This document shows, piece after piece, positions 1 through 8,904 of a DNA stretch of 20,000 bases; the stretch's first letter is position 1; the number at the start of each line of letters is the position of its first letter. This stretch comes from an uncultured virus (IMG/VR IMGVR_UViG_3300037541_000797) (taxonomy: Duplodnaviria > Heunggongvirae > Uroviricota > Caudoviricetes), in the IMG/VR virus record IMGVR_UViG_3300037541_000797, one strand, 5' to 3'. Both the position numbers and the translations under genes were made by a program. The notes under the pieces were generated by a model. The model had not been told where the DNA came from and searched no databases. It saw only the letters and a program-made list of their open reading frames with translations.

Positions 1-107
1 TGCTCAGCCCCGCCGCCATGCTCCGCAATGACAACTGACCCACAAGCACAAGGCGCAGTTATCAGGGTGCTAGTTGCCCTGGGGATCTGCGGCGCAATAT
101 TAATCTT

Positions 108-848
108 GTGGCACTAATCATGGACTCACGTTTTCGCGTTGACTTAATCGCCGCCACCCCCCAACCCCAGCAGGTCTGTTGGGCGGCGATGCACCAAGAC
201 TACAGCGAGGGCTACGTTTTTGACGACCGCGCCAACTGGCCTGAGGAAAGCCGCGCTGGCGAGATCTGCGTCAAGCGCCTATTGGCCGGCGAGAGGGGCC
301 ACTACGGCCCCCTGGAACACGGCCAGATCGTACTCAACGTGGGATGGTTTCCCCATTCCGCGATGCAGCAGGCCCGTACCCACCGGGTAGGAGTTAGCTT
401 CGATTGTCAAAGTCTACGTTATACGGGGGAGCGTATCTGCAAAGCCGCCACAGGCGAGGTGGACCTTGAAGATGTGTTTTACATTAGGCCGTCGGGGACT
501 TACAGAGACCCAAACTCCGGCAAGGCTTATGAATACACAGCCCAAAAGCGCAACCTTGATGTTAAGCGCTGCCACGAAGCCGCCATTCACTACCGCTACA
601 GTGTCGGACTTGGCGAACCGCTTGAGCAGGCCAGGGGGTTGATTCCATTCGACGTGCGCCAACACTTCGTGGTGAGCTTCAGCCTGCGGGCCTTCCTGCA
701 CTTCCTCGACCTGCGGGCGAAGCTCGACGCCCAGGACGAAATTCGCCAGCTTTGCGATTTGATGTGGCCCCACCTGCAGAGCTGGGCACCGGAGATCGCC
801 GCCTGGTATGAGGCGATCAGGCTGCGCAAAGCGAGGCTGGCGCCGTGA
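108..848 (+). CDS. thyX: FAD-dependent thymidylate synthase ThyX (cyanobacterial type)
   Basis: Contains GHYGPLEH, the ThyX motif QQARTHRVGVSFDCQSLRY, EQARGLIP and HFLDLRAKLDAQDEIR. The C-terminal KARLAP is typical of cyanobacterial/cyanophage ThyX. The start may be ATG 120. Confidence 0.95.
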   Translation: MALIMDSRFRVDLIAATPQPQQVCWAAMHQDYSEGYVFDDRANWPEESRAGEICVKRLLAGERGHYGPLEHGQIVLNVGWFPHSAMQQARTHRVGVSFDCQSLRYTGERICKAATGEVDLEDVFYIRPSGTYRDPNSGKAYEYTAQKRNLDVKRCHEAAIHYRYSVGLGEPLEQARGLIPFDVRQHFVVSFSLRAFLHFLDLRAKLDAQDEIRQLCDLMWPHLQSWAPEIAAWYEAIRLRKARLAP

Positions 849-1429
849 AAGAGCGGCCAATTCTCTATTCGGCGCCAATGGTCCGCGCTATTTTAAACAA
901 CAGCAAGACACAAACGCGGCGCGTTGTTAAATTTCGGCACGACGACGGCTTCCCCGCCAACCCTTACGGCATACCTGGCGACCGTTTATGGGTGCGGGAA
1001 ACTTGGCGTGTCAGCAGCGCACACAACGATTTGCGACCATCTCGAATTCCCAGGGGCACGACTGTTGAATATTTGGCCGACGGGCCAGGGATGCTTGAGG
1101 GCAAAACTCGCCCTTCCATCTTCATGCCCCGATGGGCTTCTCGAATCACGCTGCAGATCACTGACGTGAGGGTGATGCGGCTGCAGGAAATCAGCTCTGC
1201 CGACGCCAGGGCAGAAGGGATCGCCGAGCTGCTGCTGCAGGCTGGCCAGGCTGGCGCCTGGTGGTCCGCTGGTCCCACGCCGGCGCTGCACGGCCGCAGC
1301 CCTATTGCCGCATTCCAGCGGCTGTGGGAATCCATTCATGGTGATGGTTCCTGGCTCGACAACCCCACGGTTAGGGCCATTTCATTTCAGTTAATCCACT
1401 CAGTTAATCCACTCGCAATCTTAACATGA
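845..1429 (+). CDS. ASCH/PUA-like phage protein
   Basis: MKERPILYSAPMVRAIL..KTQTRRVVK, PYG.PGDRLWVRETW, PSIFMPRWASRITLQI..VRV.RLQEIS..DA.AEG and W..NP.V..I.F match the widespread phage ASCH-like family. GTGA overlap with the thyX stop. Confidence 0.85.
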   Translation: MKERPILYSAPMVRAILNNSKTQTRRVVKFRHDDGFPANPYGIPGDRLWVRETWRVSSAHNDLRPSRIPRGTTVEYLADGPGMLEGKTRPSIFMPRWASRITLQITDVRVMRLQEISSADARAEGIAELLLQAGQAGAWWSAGPTPALHGRSPIAAFQRLWESIHGDGSWLDNPTVRAISFQLIHSVNPLAILT

Positions 1430-1516
1430 CTAAACAAGACGAGGGGCATCGATGATGATTACTACACCCACCTGGACACTTCTGCCGCATCTTAACCTTC
1501 CCGCCACGGAGCAGCC

Positions 1517-2002
1517 ATGATCAGCCGCATCACGCAGGCCATCGCCCGCCTCTTGACTCCGTGGCGCACCATCCGCCAGCTCGAAAGCGAGGTGGCGCGG
1601 CTAGAGGAAATCATTGCCAATCCCTACCTGGCCGGGATGGAAATAGGCCGGGAAACAGGCATTGAAGTCGGATGCCGAGGGAGCGGCCCACAGCTGCTGG
1701 CCGGAATGTTTGCCGGATTGCTGGAGAAGGACGGGGCCAACGTTCCCAACTACCTGGAGCTGGAGTTTTTCACTCAGCACCAGGGCCGAATCCTGGTGCG
1801 TGTTCAGCGGCTTTACGGCGAAACACCGCATGCGCTGCGGGTGAAGGCTGAGAAAAGGGTAGCCGCGTGGAAGGCTAATGCCCAGGCATTATTTGATGCT
1901 ATTAACGATCGGAACCCCTATCCGCTCTTTTGGCCCGAAGCGGCAGCCGCAATGCGGGCCTACCGAGTTTTGCAAACGTTGGATGCAGATGCGCAGCTAT
2001 GA
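1517..2002 (+). CDS. hypothetical phage protein
   Basis: 161-aa ORF in the same operon. Its stop overlaps the next ATG (ATGA at 1999-2002). Confidence 0.7.
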   Translation: MISRITQAIARLLTPWRTIRQLESEVARLEEIIANPYLAGMEIGRETGIEVGCRGSGPQLLAGMFAGLLEKDGANVPNYLELEFFTQHQGRILVRVQRLYGETPHALRVKAEKRVAAWKANAQALFDAINDRNPYPLFWPEAAAAMRAYRVLQTLDADAQL

Positions 2003-2118
2003 GCGCCGCTCACGTCATCCAGCCGGTGCCGGTGATCGAGCGGCTGCCGGGGCCGGAGGATTGCGATATTGCCAAGGGGCAAACGTTCTGCGGATTCTGC
2101 CCCGCGCATCATGCCTAA
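1999..2118 (+). pseudogene. probably truncated phage gene (IQPVPVIERLPGPEDCD N-terminus)
   Basis: Translationally coupled start. PV.ERLP.PEDCD resembles the start of a common cyanophage protein domain, but the ORF ends after 39 aa where the promoter-cassette region begins. Confidence 0.45.
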
Positions 2119-2139
2119 CGATGCGCTACACGGGGAATG

Positions 2140-2242
2140 GTGACGGATTGTTAACTGTCCTGGTAATGGGGCGGCAGGCCTAACGCTACGCGCTACTATT
2201 GGTTCATCGGAGGGGAGGCCCTCCACCACCAACGAGCCAGCA
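2140..2242 (+). promoter_or_regulatory. cassette promoter/leader copy A
   Basis: Upstream box GTGACGGATTGTTAACTG at 2140, -10 TACTAT at 2194-2199, hairpin GGAGGG-GAGG-CCCTCC at 2209-2224, then ACCACCAAC leader and ATG 2243. 33 bp identical to copy B (2178-2210 = 2874-2906). Confidence 0.8.
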
Positions 2243-2386
2243 ATGACCACTATTCAACAGCTTGCCGCCGACCTCTTCGCTCAAGGCATGGGCCGCGACG
2301 AAATGATCTGCTTCATCTACGGCTGCAGCACCTACGCCACCCTGGCCGACATCTACGAAGCGGTTGACGTTGCCATTGCCGCCTGA
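2243..2386 (+). CDS. small acidic protein (47 aa), candidate early/anti-defence gene
   Basis: Read manually: MTTIQQLAADLFAQGMGRDEMICFIYGCSTYATLADIYEAVDVAIAA*. ATG lies directly after the conserved leader. Not in the ORF track. Confidence 0.75.
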   Translation: MTTIQQLAADLFAQGMGRDEMICFIYGCSTYATLADIYEAVDVAIAA

Positions 2387-2441
2387 CCTCCACAGCCTGC
2401 CGGGGGCTTATCCCGGCGAGTAATCCATTGCACTGAAAGCC

Positions 2442-2621
2442 ATGCAAACTTTCAAGATTGAAACACTTACCGCCGACGGATGGAGCGACGATGCCAGCCT
2501 GCTGGGATTCAGTGCCAGCCAAGACGACAACCGCTGGCCATCGCAAGCCGCAGCGCTAGCCGCCTGCGTTGAATTATGCGCGGTACTGGACCCAACCCGC
2601 TTGCGCGTGGTGCAGCTCTAA
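2442..2621 (+). CDS. small acidic protein (59 aa), candidate early/anti-defence gene
   Basis: Read manually: MQTFKIETLTADGWSDDASLLGFSASQDDNRWPSQAAALAACVELCAVLDPTRLRVVQL*. Preceded by a hairpin (GCCGGG..CCCGGC, ~2399-2417) and TGCACTGAA, also found before ATG 2945. TAATG-coupled to the next gene. Confidence 0.75.
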   Translation: MQTFKIETLTADGWSDDASLLGFSASQDDNRWPSQAAALAACVELCAVLDPTRLRVVQL

Positions 2622-2839
2622 TGCCTGATCCCACCAACGCCGACCGCCAGCGCCGCTGGTACGCCCGCCAGAAAGCCGGTACCACCTGGCAGCCGCTTAC
2701 CTGCCAGGCGTGCGGCGCCAACAGCAAAGGCGTCCATGGCGCGTTGTGTTCCCGCTGCTGGGAGAGGCTGACCACAGAGGGCAAAGCGGCTAGGGCGTTG
2801 CGTGTCAGGTTGAGCAGGGCCAGGCGGCGTAGCGTGTGA
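2621..2839 (+). CDS. basic CxxC-CxxC zinc-finger protein, paralog 1 (candidate regulator)
   Basis: MPDPTNADRQRRW...CQACG...CSRCW..LTTEGKAARA.RV. Clear paralog of 14088-14345. TAATG coupling defines the start. Confidence 0.8.
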   Translation: MPDPTNADRQRRWYARQKAGTTWQPLTCQACGANSKGVHGALCSRCWERLTTEGKAARALRVRLSRARRRSV

Positions 2840-2944
2840 CGATATGTGAACTGGCCGCCCTGCCCCCTGCCATGCCTAACGCTACGCGCTACTATTGGTT
2901 CATCGGGGGAAACCCCACACGGCGGCCCAGAGGCTGCACTGAAC
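2836..2944 (+). promoter_or_regulatory. cassette promoter/leader copy B
   Basis: Upstream box GTGACGATATGTGAACTG at 2836, CTGCCA (2867-2872)-N17-TACTAT (2890-2895), hairpin GGGG-GAAA-CCCC at 2905-2916. Confidence 0.8.
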
Positions 2945-3250
2945 ATGGGGGCCACCACTAAGCTGGTGTTTGCTGATGAAGTCGGAAGCCGGGTCGCTGG
3001 TTTCACCGTTCGCAGCGCTGGCACGGTCGAACTGTGCAGCACTGTTGAGCAGCTGCAGGAAATCGGCGCCACAGCATGGGCCACCAGCGTGGAACTGCTG
3101 ATCTGGCTGAGCCGGGCCCCTGAGTTCTGGGCAGATCACGCCACCAGCGCCACCTTCAACGTATGGGATTGGCAGGCCGATCAGGCGCGAGAGGTGACGG
3201 TCCCTCGCAAGGGATGCGAAACACCGTTTGACCGCTGGCAGCTGGTCTGA
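2945..3250 (+). CDS. hypothetical protein (101 aa) under cassette promoter B
   Basis: ATG 2945 follows the promoter/leader and is in frame with track ORF 2846-3250. A terminator follows. Confidence 0.7.
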   Translation: MGATTKLVFADEVGSRVAGFTVRSAGTVELCSTVEQLQEIGATAWATSVELLIWLSRAPEFWADHATSATFNVWDWQADQAREVTVPRKGCETPFDRWQLV

Positions 3251-3258
3251 ACCCTACC

Positions 3259-3282
3259 GCCCCGGCTACCACCGGGGCTTTT
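3259..3282 (+). terminator. Rho-independent terminator
   Basis: GCCCCGG-CTACCA-CCGGGGC followed by TTTT, 8 nt after the stop at 3250. Confidence 0.7.
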
Positions 3283-3674
3283 CATGGCCTGACCAGATTG
3301 CGACGATATGTGAACTGGCCGCCCTCCAGCGCCAGGGTTCTTTCTGGATCCTGGACGACATGGAGACCGCCACTGTTATTGCCCGCCACCCACTCCAGCA
3401 ACCGCTGCTCCCTGAAGGCTGTCCAGCCAATCCGTGGCCGCCACCATTGCAAAACCTCCTGGCTCCCCTTGCTTCCGTTGCAGGCCAGGCAGGCCGGTAC
3501 GCAGTTTTCACGAACTGTGGGGCCGCCCTGGCTGCGGGGGATCACGTGATCGAGTGATTGAGCGGTGGCGCCGCAGTAGGCGCATTGCCCGCCCCAAGCT
3601 TCGCGAATGCTGCCATGCCAGCGGCGCCTTGTGACCAGCTCCGTCTCAACGATCTGGGCCTGCATGCGCTGCAA
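3282..3674 (-). CDS. HNH endonuclease (McrA/HNH_5 type)
   Basis: CAYCG...[12 protein letters not shown]...[16 protein letters not shown] is the canonical HNH signature with two CxxC pairs. The start may be ATG 3665. Confidence 0.92.
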   Translation of the reverse strand: MQRMQAQIVETELVTRRRWHGSIREAWGGQCAYCGATAQSLDHVIPRSQGGPTVRENCVPACLACNGSKGSQEVLQWWRPRIGWTAFREQRLLEWVAGNNSGGLHVVQDPERTLALEGGQFTYRRNLVRP

Positions 3675-3912
3675 TCGTCTGCGCCAGGCTAAACCGGCTG
3701 GGCAGCCTTGGCCAGACTGGCGCAGCCGATTGCAGCGGCATGGGAGAACAGATCAGGGCCATCGCCGACGAAGCGGCCGGCGCCAGCCCCCCGCCACCCT
3801 GCTGGTGGGGCGGGGTATGTGATTGGCATGTATCCCACGAAGGTAGTTCTCATTGGCGGTGCCCTCGCCGCTGGCGTTGCATGCAGAACCGCAGCAGACA
3901 GCAGCTAAACAG

Positions 3913-3979
3913 GCGCTTGGCAGCGCTGCAAAGCCTGCAAACCTCGGAGATGCGCTTGGCAGCGCTGCAGAGCATGCAA
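3913..3979. repeat. 39-bp-period direct repeat
   Basis: GCGCTTGGCAGCGCTGCA at 3913-3930 and 3952-3969, with similarity extending to AGC(C/A)TGCAA. Confidence 0.8.
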
Positions 3980-4088
3980 GGGCCACTACCAAACCAAGGA
4001 GCGGAACAACCAACCTCTTGAGTGTCCCAAGTGCGGGACACTCAGCAGATCCATTTAGGATTTAGCATGGTGCTAGCAGGCCTGGGCA

Positions 4089-5204
4089 ATGGGACCAACT
4101 CTTCACTTAGGCGACTGCCTGGATGTGATGCGCTCCATGCCCGACGCCAGTGTGGATGCGGTGGTGACGGATCCGCCCTACGGCCTGTCCTTCATGGGCA
4201 AGAAGTGGGATTACGACGTGCCCAGCGTGGAGATCTGGGCCGAGTGCCTGCGAGTGTTGAAGCCTGGCGGGCATCTGCTGGCCTTTGCAGGCACCCGAAC
4301 TCAACACCGGATGGCGGTGCGGATTGAGGACGCAGGCTTTGAGATCCGGGACATGATCGCCTGGGTTTATGGGTCTGGGTTTCCGAAGTCGCTGGACGTG
4401 AGCAAGGCGATCGATAAGGCGGCAGGGGTGGAACGGGAGGTGGTTGGGAGCAAGCTGGGCCAGGCCGGCTACTCCATGGCGGACAACGGCCGGACCAACG
4501 CTGTCTATGGCGGTTTCCACGACCCCGCCGCAGAGTGCGCCATCACCGCCCCCGCCACCCCCGAAGCCCAGCAGTGGGCCGGCTGGGGCACCGCTCTAAA
4601 ACCCGCCCTAGAGCCGATCACCATGGCCCGAAAGCCGCTGACCGGCACCGTGGCCGCGAACGTGCTGGAGCACGGCACGGGTGGGTTGAATGTGGATGGG
4701 TGCAGGGTGGGCGATGACGATGGAGCGCGCAACCGACCACCGGCAAAGCCGTCATCCAGTGCCTACGCTCAAGACCCCTGGACGCTCAACCCTGAAAACC
4801 GAAAGCCGTTCGACGCCGCCGGTCTGGGCCGCTGGCCCGCCAACCTGATCCACGACGGCAGCGACGAGGTGGTGGGGTTGTTTCCGCAGCGGACTGGTGA
4901 GTACGCCCCTGACACCGGCAGCGCCGCCCGCTTCTTCTACACCGCTAAGGCCAGTCGCGCAGATCGCGGCACCGGCAACACCCACCCCACCGTCAAGCCG
5001 CTGGCCCTGATGGCCTACCTCTGCCGGCTTGTCACCCCGCCGGTTGGCGTCGTTCTTGACCCGTTCATGGGCAGCGGCACCACAATCGTGGCAGCGCTGA
5101 CAGAAGGCTTCCAAGTCATCGGCATTGAGCGCGACCCCGGCTACCACGCCATCGCGATGGACCGCCTCAACGGGGCGCAGATTGGCCTGGCGCTTGCCGC
5201 CTGA
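4089..5204 (+). CDS. DNA methyltransferase, N4-cytosine/N6-adenine, beta class (orphan phage MTase)
   Basis: GDCLDVMRSMPDASVDAVVTDPPYG (catalytic motif IV) near the N-terminus. HPTVKPLALM and VLDPFMGSGTT (SAM-binding motif I) near the C-terminus. Confidence 0.95.
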   Translation: MGPTLHLGDCLDVMRSMPDASVDAVVTDPPYGLSFMGKKWDYDVPSVEIWAECLRVLKPGGHLLAFAGTRTQHRMAVRIEDAGFEIRDMIAWVYGSGFPKSLDVSKAIDKAAGVEREVVGSKLGQAGYSMADNGRTNAVYGGFHDPAAECAITAPATPEAQQWAGWGTALKPALEPITMARKPLTGTVAANVLEHGTGGLNVDGCRVGDDDGARNRPPAKPSSSAYAQDPWTLNPENRKPFDAAGLGRWPANLIHDGSDEVVGLFPQRTGEYAPDTGSAARFFYTAKASRADRGTGNTHPTVKPLALMAYLCRLVTPPVGVVLDPFMGSGTTIVAALTEGFQVIGIERDPGYHAIAMDRLNGAQIGLALAA

Positions 5205-5230
5205 CCAGCCGCGGCCATTCAGCCATCAGT

Positions 5231-6760
5231 TCAGAGCTCGGCCACCTCGCGCACGATCGCGTCGTAGGCGGCTTGGGCTGCTGGATCCAGCCAGCCGCGC
5301 CTGGGGCACCACACCGGATCGCCTGTGGGCCAGGGGCTGGCGGCCAGGTTCAGCGGATCCTCACCCCCCAGCCCCTGGCGGGGCACGGATTGGGGCAACT
5401 GTTTGCGCTCCATCAGCGGGTAATCGCGAGGGCTGAGGCGCTCATCACCCGCACCACCCACCGGCCGCAATTTGGCACCCTTGCCATTGGCCCGGAAGAA
5501 ATGGCCCAGGGTGCTCTTGCTATGGCGCTTGGCCTGGGCCTCCCACCGCTCGGCTGGTTTATCCGCCAGGTCGTTTTCAATTGCCAGCGATTCCAGGCTC
5601 ACCGGTGTTTCCTGGCAGCGGCAGTTGGGATGAATCGGGCTCTTTACTGAGCCGATGTAGTAAATGCAGCCAGAGCGGGGGGCGCAGAACTCACAGGTGC
5701 GCTCATCCAAGGTGGCCAGGTATTGCACAAAACCCACCCGCAATTTGCGCCAACAGCGCTCCTGGGCTTCCCCGGAGGCCATCAGGGTTTCGGTGCGGGC
5801 GATGGTTTCCGCCCGATTTTGAAACGCCTCGTTGATCGTCGGGATCCGTTCTTTCAGATTTTTTGCCAGGGTTTTGGAGTCCGGCCCCTGGGCCATTTGG
5901 CGGGCGGTCTCAAACGACACGCTCTCCCCCCACTCGCCCCACCATTTGGCGTAATAGTGTTTCGCCGCGGCCACGTGTTGATCGGTCGCTGCATCCCGCT
6001 CCCGGCGGTAGTTTTCTGATAGGCCTTTGAAATCCCGCTCGGCGGCCACCACCGCCCCGGAGAGATCAAAGAGGCGCGTCAGCCGCTGGCCCCCCTGATA
6101 CTGGCGATCGGGGCCGATGCCAGGGCCTCCGCTCGCCTGGGGCCCTGTGGGTCCGGTGCCCGGAGCTGGGGCGGTGGGCCGCCCGCCGGGGGGGCTGATG
6201 CCACCACCAATCAGAGGCCCCGCTGAAGATCGGGGGGCAGTGCCGGGCAGCGCTGGCGATGCTGGCGCCGCCGGCGCTGCCTCCTGGCCTGGCAGTTGGC
6301 GAATGGTGCCATCGGGATCGAGCTGGGCCATGGCCGGGGCCAGATCTGCCTGAATCAGCTGCAGTCCGTAATTGGTGCCCAGGTCCTGGGCCCGATCGAA
6401 CAGCTGGCGCAGCTCCCCGTTCAATCGCTCCAGCCGCTCGGGGCTGAGCGGCACGGCATTGAGCACCACCATCAAATCTTGAATCAGCTGGGGCTGCAGC
6501 AGCAGCCCTGCCTGGTTTTTTTGCAACGGCTCAATAGGAACCGGCCCTTCTGGTGTGCTGCCCAGAAAGGCGCCGGGGCTGTTGGCGGGGTTGTAGTCGG
6601 GCTGATCGGCAGCCTTCTCCAGCAGCTCAAACACCCGCGCCACGGTATCCCTCAGCGCTGCCTCAAAAATGCGGCCGATGCGCTGGATTGCTGGGTCTTC
6701 CAGGCCCCGCAAAGCCTCGCTGAGCTGTTCGGCCAGCTGTTCGCGGCGATCAATTCCCAT
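5231..6760 (-). CDS. phage head morphogenesis / minor capsid protein (SPP1 gp7 / Mu gpF family)
   Basis: RAETIARTET...DERTCEFCAPRSG...PIHPNCRC motif. Lies directly downstream of and overlaps the portal gene. Confidence 0.9.
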   Translation of the reverse strand: MGIDRREQLAEQLSEALRGLEDPAIQRIGRIFEAALRDTVARVFELLEKAADQPDYNPANSPGAFLGSTPEGPVPIEPLQKNQAGLLLQPQLIQDLMVVLNAVPLSPERLERLNGELRQLFDRAQDLGTNYGLQLIQADLAPAMAQLDPDGTIRQLPGQEAAPAAPASPALPGTAPRSSAGPLIGGGISPPGGRPTAPAPGTGPTGPQASGGPGIGPDRQYQGGQRLTRLFDLSGAVVAAERDFKGLSENYRRERDAATDQHVAAAKHYYAKWWGEWGESVSFETARQMAQGPDSKTLAKNLKERIPTINEAFQNRAETIARTETLMASGEAQERCWRKLRVGFVQYLATLDERTCEFCAPRSGCIYYIGSVKSPIHPNCRCQETPVSLESLAIENDLADKPAERWEAQAKRHSKSTLGHFFRANGKGAKLRPVGGAGDERLSPRDYPLMERKQLPQSVPRQGLGGEDPLNLAASPWPTGDPVWCPRRGWLDPAAQAAYDAIVREVAEL

Positions 6761-8795
6761 AGCTATCGCACCTCACACCCATGGCGATCAAAGCGAGTCC
6801 ATCCAGCCGCCTCACCCGGGCGCTGGCCCCTGCCGCGGTGATCACCAGCTCGGCATCGTTCACACCCACCACAGCGCACCACTGCCCGCCAGCTCCCAGC
6901 ACCTCCCACAGCCCCTCGCTGTCAAAACCCACCGCTGCATTCAGCCCCGCAATCGGCTGGCCATAGGGGCCCACCAGGGCGGCGGAGCCATCGGCCCGCA
7001 CCTCCAACGGCACGCCCGCCACCACCCGCCGGCCGGTGATTCGAGCCCCATCGGCCCGCACGCCGGACGGCCGGCCGCGGCCTCGCGATCGTGCAGGGCC
7101 AGGCTTGGCAATCCGCTGGGCGATGGCCGCAGCCAGGGCCTGGCCGTCATCCGGGATGGGCTCTTCCTCCGGTGCGGAGGTGTCTTTTTGCTGCTGCGCA
7201 ACCTCTTCATCGCAAGCCGAGCAACAGCCATCTTCTCGGGGGTCGCTGGCGCTTGCCAGGCCATCACCCCTGGCCGCGGCGGCTTGCTCCTCTGGCGTGA
7301 GCTCAGCGGTGCCTGCCGCCGCTGGTGCTGCTGGTGTTGTGGGTTCAGCCGGGGTATCGCCGCTGGCGGGGTCGCCGCCGGCTGGATCTGCTGATTCAAG
7401 ATCACCACCGAAATCGGGTCCGGTGCCCTCATCGGGCTGGGGGATGGAGCCATCTGGCTCCCGATTAAGCAGGGTGGTCTCCAGGGAGAATTTAGCGGCG
7501 CTGAATCGGGCCAAGGCCACCTCCACGGGCGTAAGCACCTGCTCCCGGATGTAGGCGGTGTCTGTGGTTGCCTGCTTGGAGCGCAAATCGGCCTCCTCTG
7601 AATCGGAGAGCACAAAGGTGGGGTAAAAATCGATTTTCCAGTCTTCCGGCAGCTCCATGGGGGCGGACCCGCGGGAACAGGCCGCCAGCAACTCGTAAAA
7701 CTGGCGCAGGGGGCGGTCCAGGTGATCCTGCTGCTGCTGGGCCGTCTCCATTGCAAAAGCGGCATCTTCTGATCGGCCATCAGCACCCAGTCCGGAGGGG
7801 GAAGCACCCCAGAGCTTGGTGTGGGGGATGCGGCTGGCCCCCTGCACCTCCGTTTCCAATTTGCCGATCACCGTATCGATGCCCCCCAGGGATCGGGTGA
7901 TCCAGGAAACGTCCTCGCCGTCGGCATCGATGGCAATGCCTCCGAGCACAGACCGGCATTTGCCGATTAGGTCCAGCCGGGCCTGAATTGCCGCCTCCTT
8001 TCCATTGGCCACCATCTGGCCTAAACCCTTTATTTTTTGCACAAAAAGGCTGAAATCGTCGAGGATGGCCGATCCGCTTTTCTGGCCGGTTTCATATCGT
8101 TTAAAAACCTCCCAGAGGCTCTGCAGCACAGACACGCCCCACCAGTTGTTCTGGCCTTTAAGCCCGTGGGGCAGGGGGTCGCCGTCAAAGCGCAGCAAAC
8201 GGGAACTATGAATTGGCACCCCCATTTCCTTTTCATCCATTCCCGCTCGCTTCAAATCGTCGTCTTGATATACAACAAATTGATAACGCTCCGGAGCGCC
8301 CACGCCAGACCAACCAGGGGCAGGCCAAATGCGCCAGCGATCCATTGCGTACAGGCCCCGAATCGAGCGCAGCCGTTTGGGATCCACGGGCTCGTTGATT
8401 GGTAGCCCGTCGTCGAGAATTAACACAATCACCGCCCCGCCATGGTGGCGTGCCATGCGCAGGGCCTCGCGCACATGGTCTCGAATGCCCAGGGCTTCGC
8501 CTGCAGATACCAGTTTGTCGAGGCGCTTTTTTTGGGCCTCGTTCACCTCGCCTCCCACTGTGATGCCCCAGCCGGCTCTCGTGGCTTCACTGGCAACCAG
8601 GTCCACCACCCGGCGGCAAAGCCAACTGCTCACGTAGAGGTTGTTCAGCTCTTCCTCCTGCAACAAGCTGACTGGAGCTATGGCCGTGTAGCTGGAGCGG
8701 TCACGGCTGGTGCCCATGCGCGTCAGCGCATTGATAAGCACGCCATCGTTGCGCTCCTCTGGCAGCGGCAATTGATCGGACATGGGGGATGGCAC
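6750..8795 (-). CDS. phage portal protein, DUF1073/HI1409 family, with long C-terminal extension
   Basis: LY..SWLCRRVVD..A.EATR.GW, AR.HGGAVIV, IHSSRLLRFDG, WWGVSVLQ, IPHTKLWG.SPSGL motifs. Located between terL and the gp7-like gene. The start may be ATG 8783. Confidence 0.9.
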   Translation of the reverse strand: MPSPMSDQLPLPEERNDGVLINALTRMGTSRDRSSYTAIAPVSLLQEEELNNLYVSSWLCRRVVDLVASEATRAGWGITVGGEVNEAQKKRLDKLVSAGEALGIRDHVREALRMARHHGGAVIVLILDDGLPINEPVDPKRLRSIRGLYAMDRWRIWPAPGWSGVGAPERYQFVVYQDDDLKRAGMDEKEMGVPIHSSRLLRFDGDPLPHGLKGQNNWWGVSVLQSLWEVFKRYETGQKSGSAILDDFSLFVQKIKGLGQMVANGKEAAIQARLDLIGKCRSVLGGIAIDADGEDVSWITRSLGGIDTVIGKLETEVQGASRIPHTKLWGASPSGLGADGRSEDAAFAMETAQQQQDHLDRPLRQFYELLAACSRGSAPMELPEDWKIDFYPTFVLSDSEEADLRSKQATTDTAYIREQVLTPVEVALARFSAAKFSLETTLLNREPDGSIPQPDEGTGPDFGGDLESADPAGGDPASGDTPAEPTTPAAPAAAGTAELTPEEQAAAARGDGLASASDPREDGCCSACDEEVAQQQKDTSAPEEEPIPDDGQALAAAIAQRIAKPGPARSRGRGRPSGVRADGARITGRRVVAGVPLEVRADGSAALVGPYGQPIAGLNAAVGFDSEGLWEVLGAGGQWCAVVGVNDAELVITAAGASARVRRLDGLALIAMGVRCDSYGN

Positions 8796-8904
8796 CTGGG
8801 CCAGGCTAGGCAGCGGCCAGATAAAAACACCTCAGCCACTGCTTCATCCTGCAACCGGGATGGTGCGTCGGTACATTTAGAAGGCGATGCATTGCCAATC
8901 GGCC

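Noticed and set aside
3740..4021. Plus-strand 93-aa ORF with an RLAALQS repeat
   Set aside because: Conflicts with protein-level similarity on the minus strand. The region looks decayed, so it is not called as a CDS.
3282..5204. HNH plus methyltransferase as a restriction-modification pair
   Set aside because: They are divergent and ~400 bp apart, and both belong to families commonly found as stand-alone phage genes. Nothing in the sequence links them.
6750..8795. Calling the DUF1073 protein an anti-CBASS Acb1 nuclease, as some databases label this family
   Set aside because: Motifs and position fit a portal, and I see no pair of HxT/HxS 2H-phosphodiesterase motifs in the extension.
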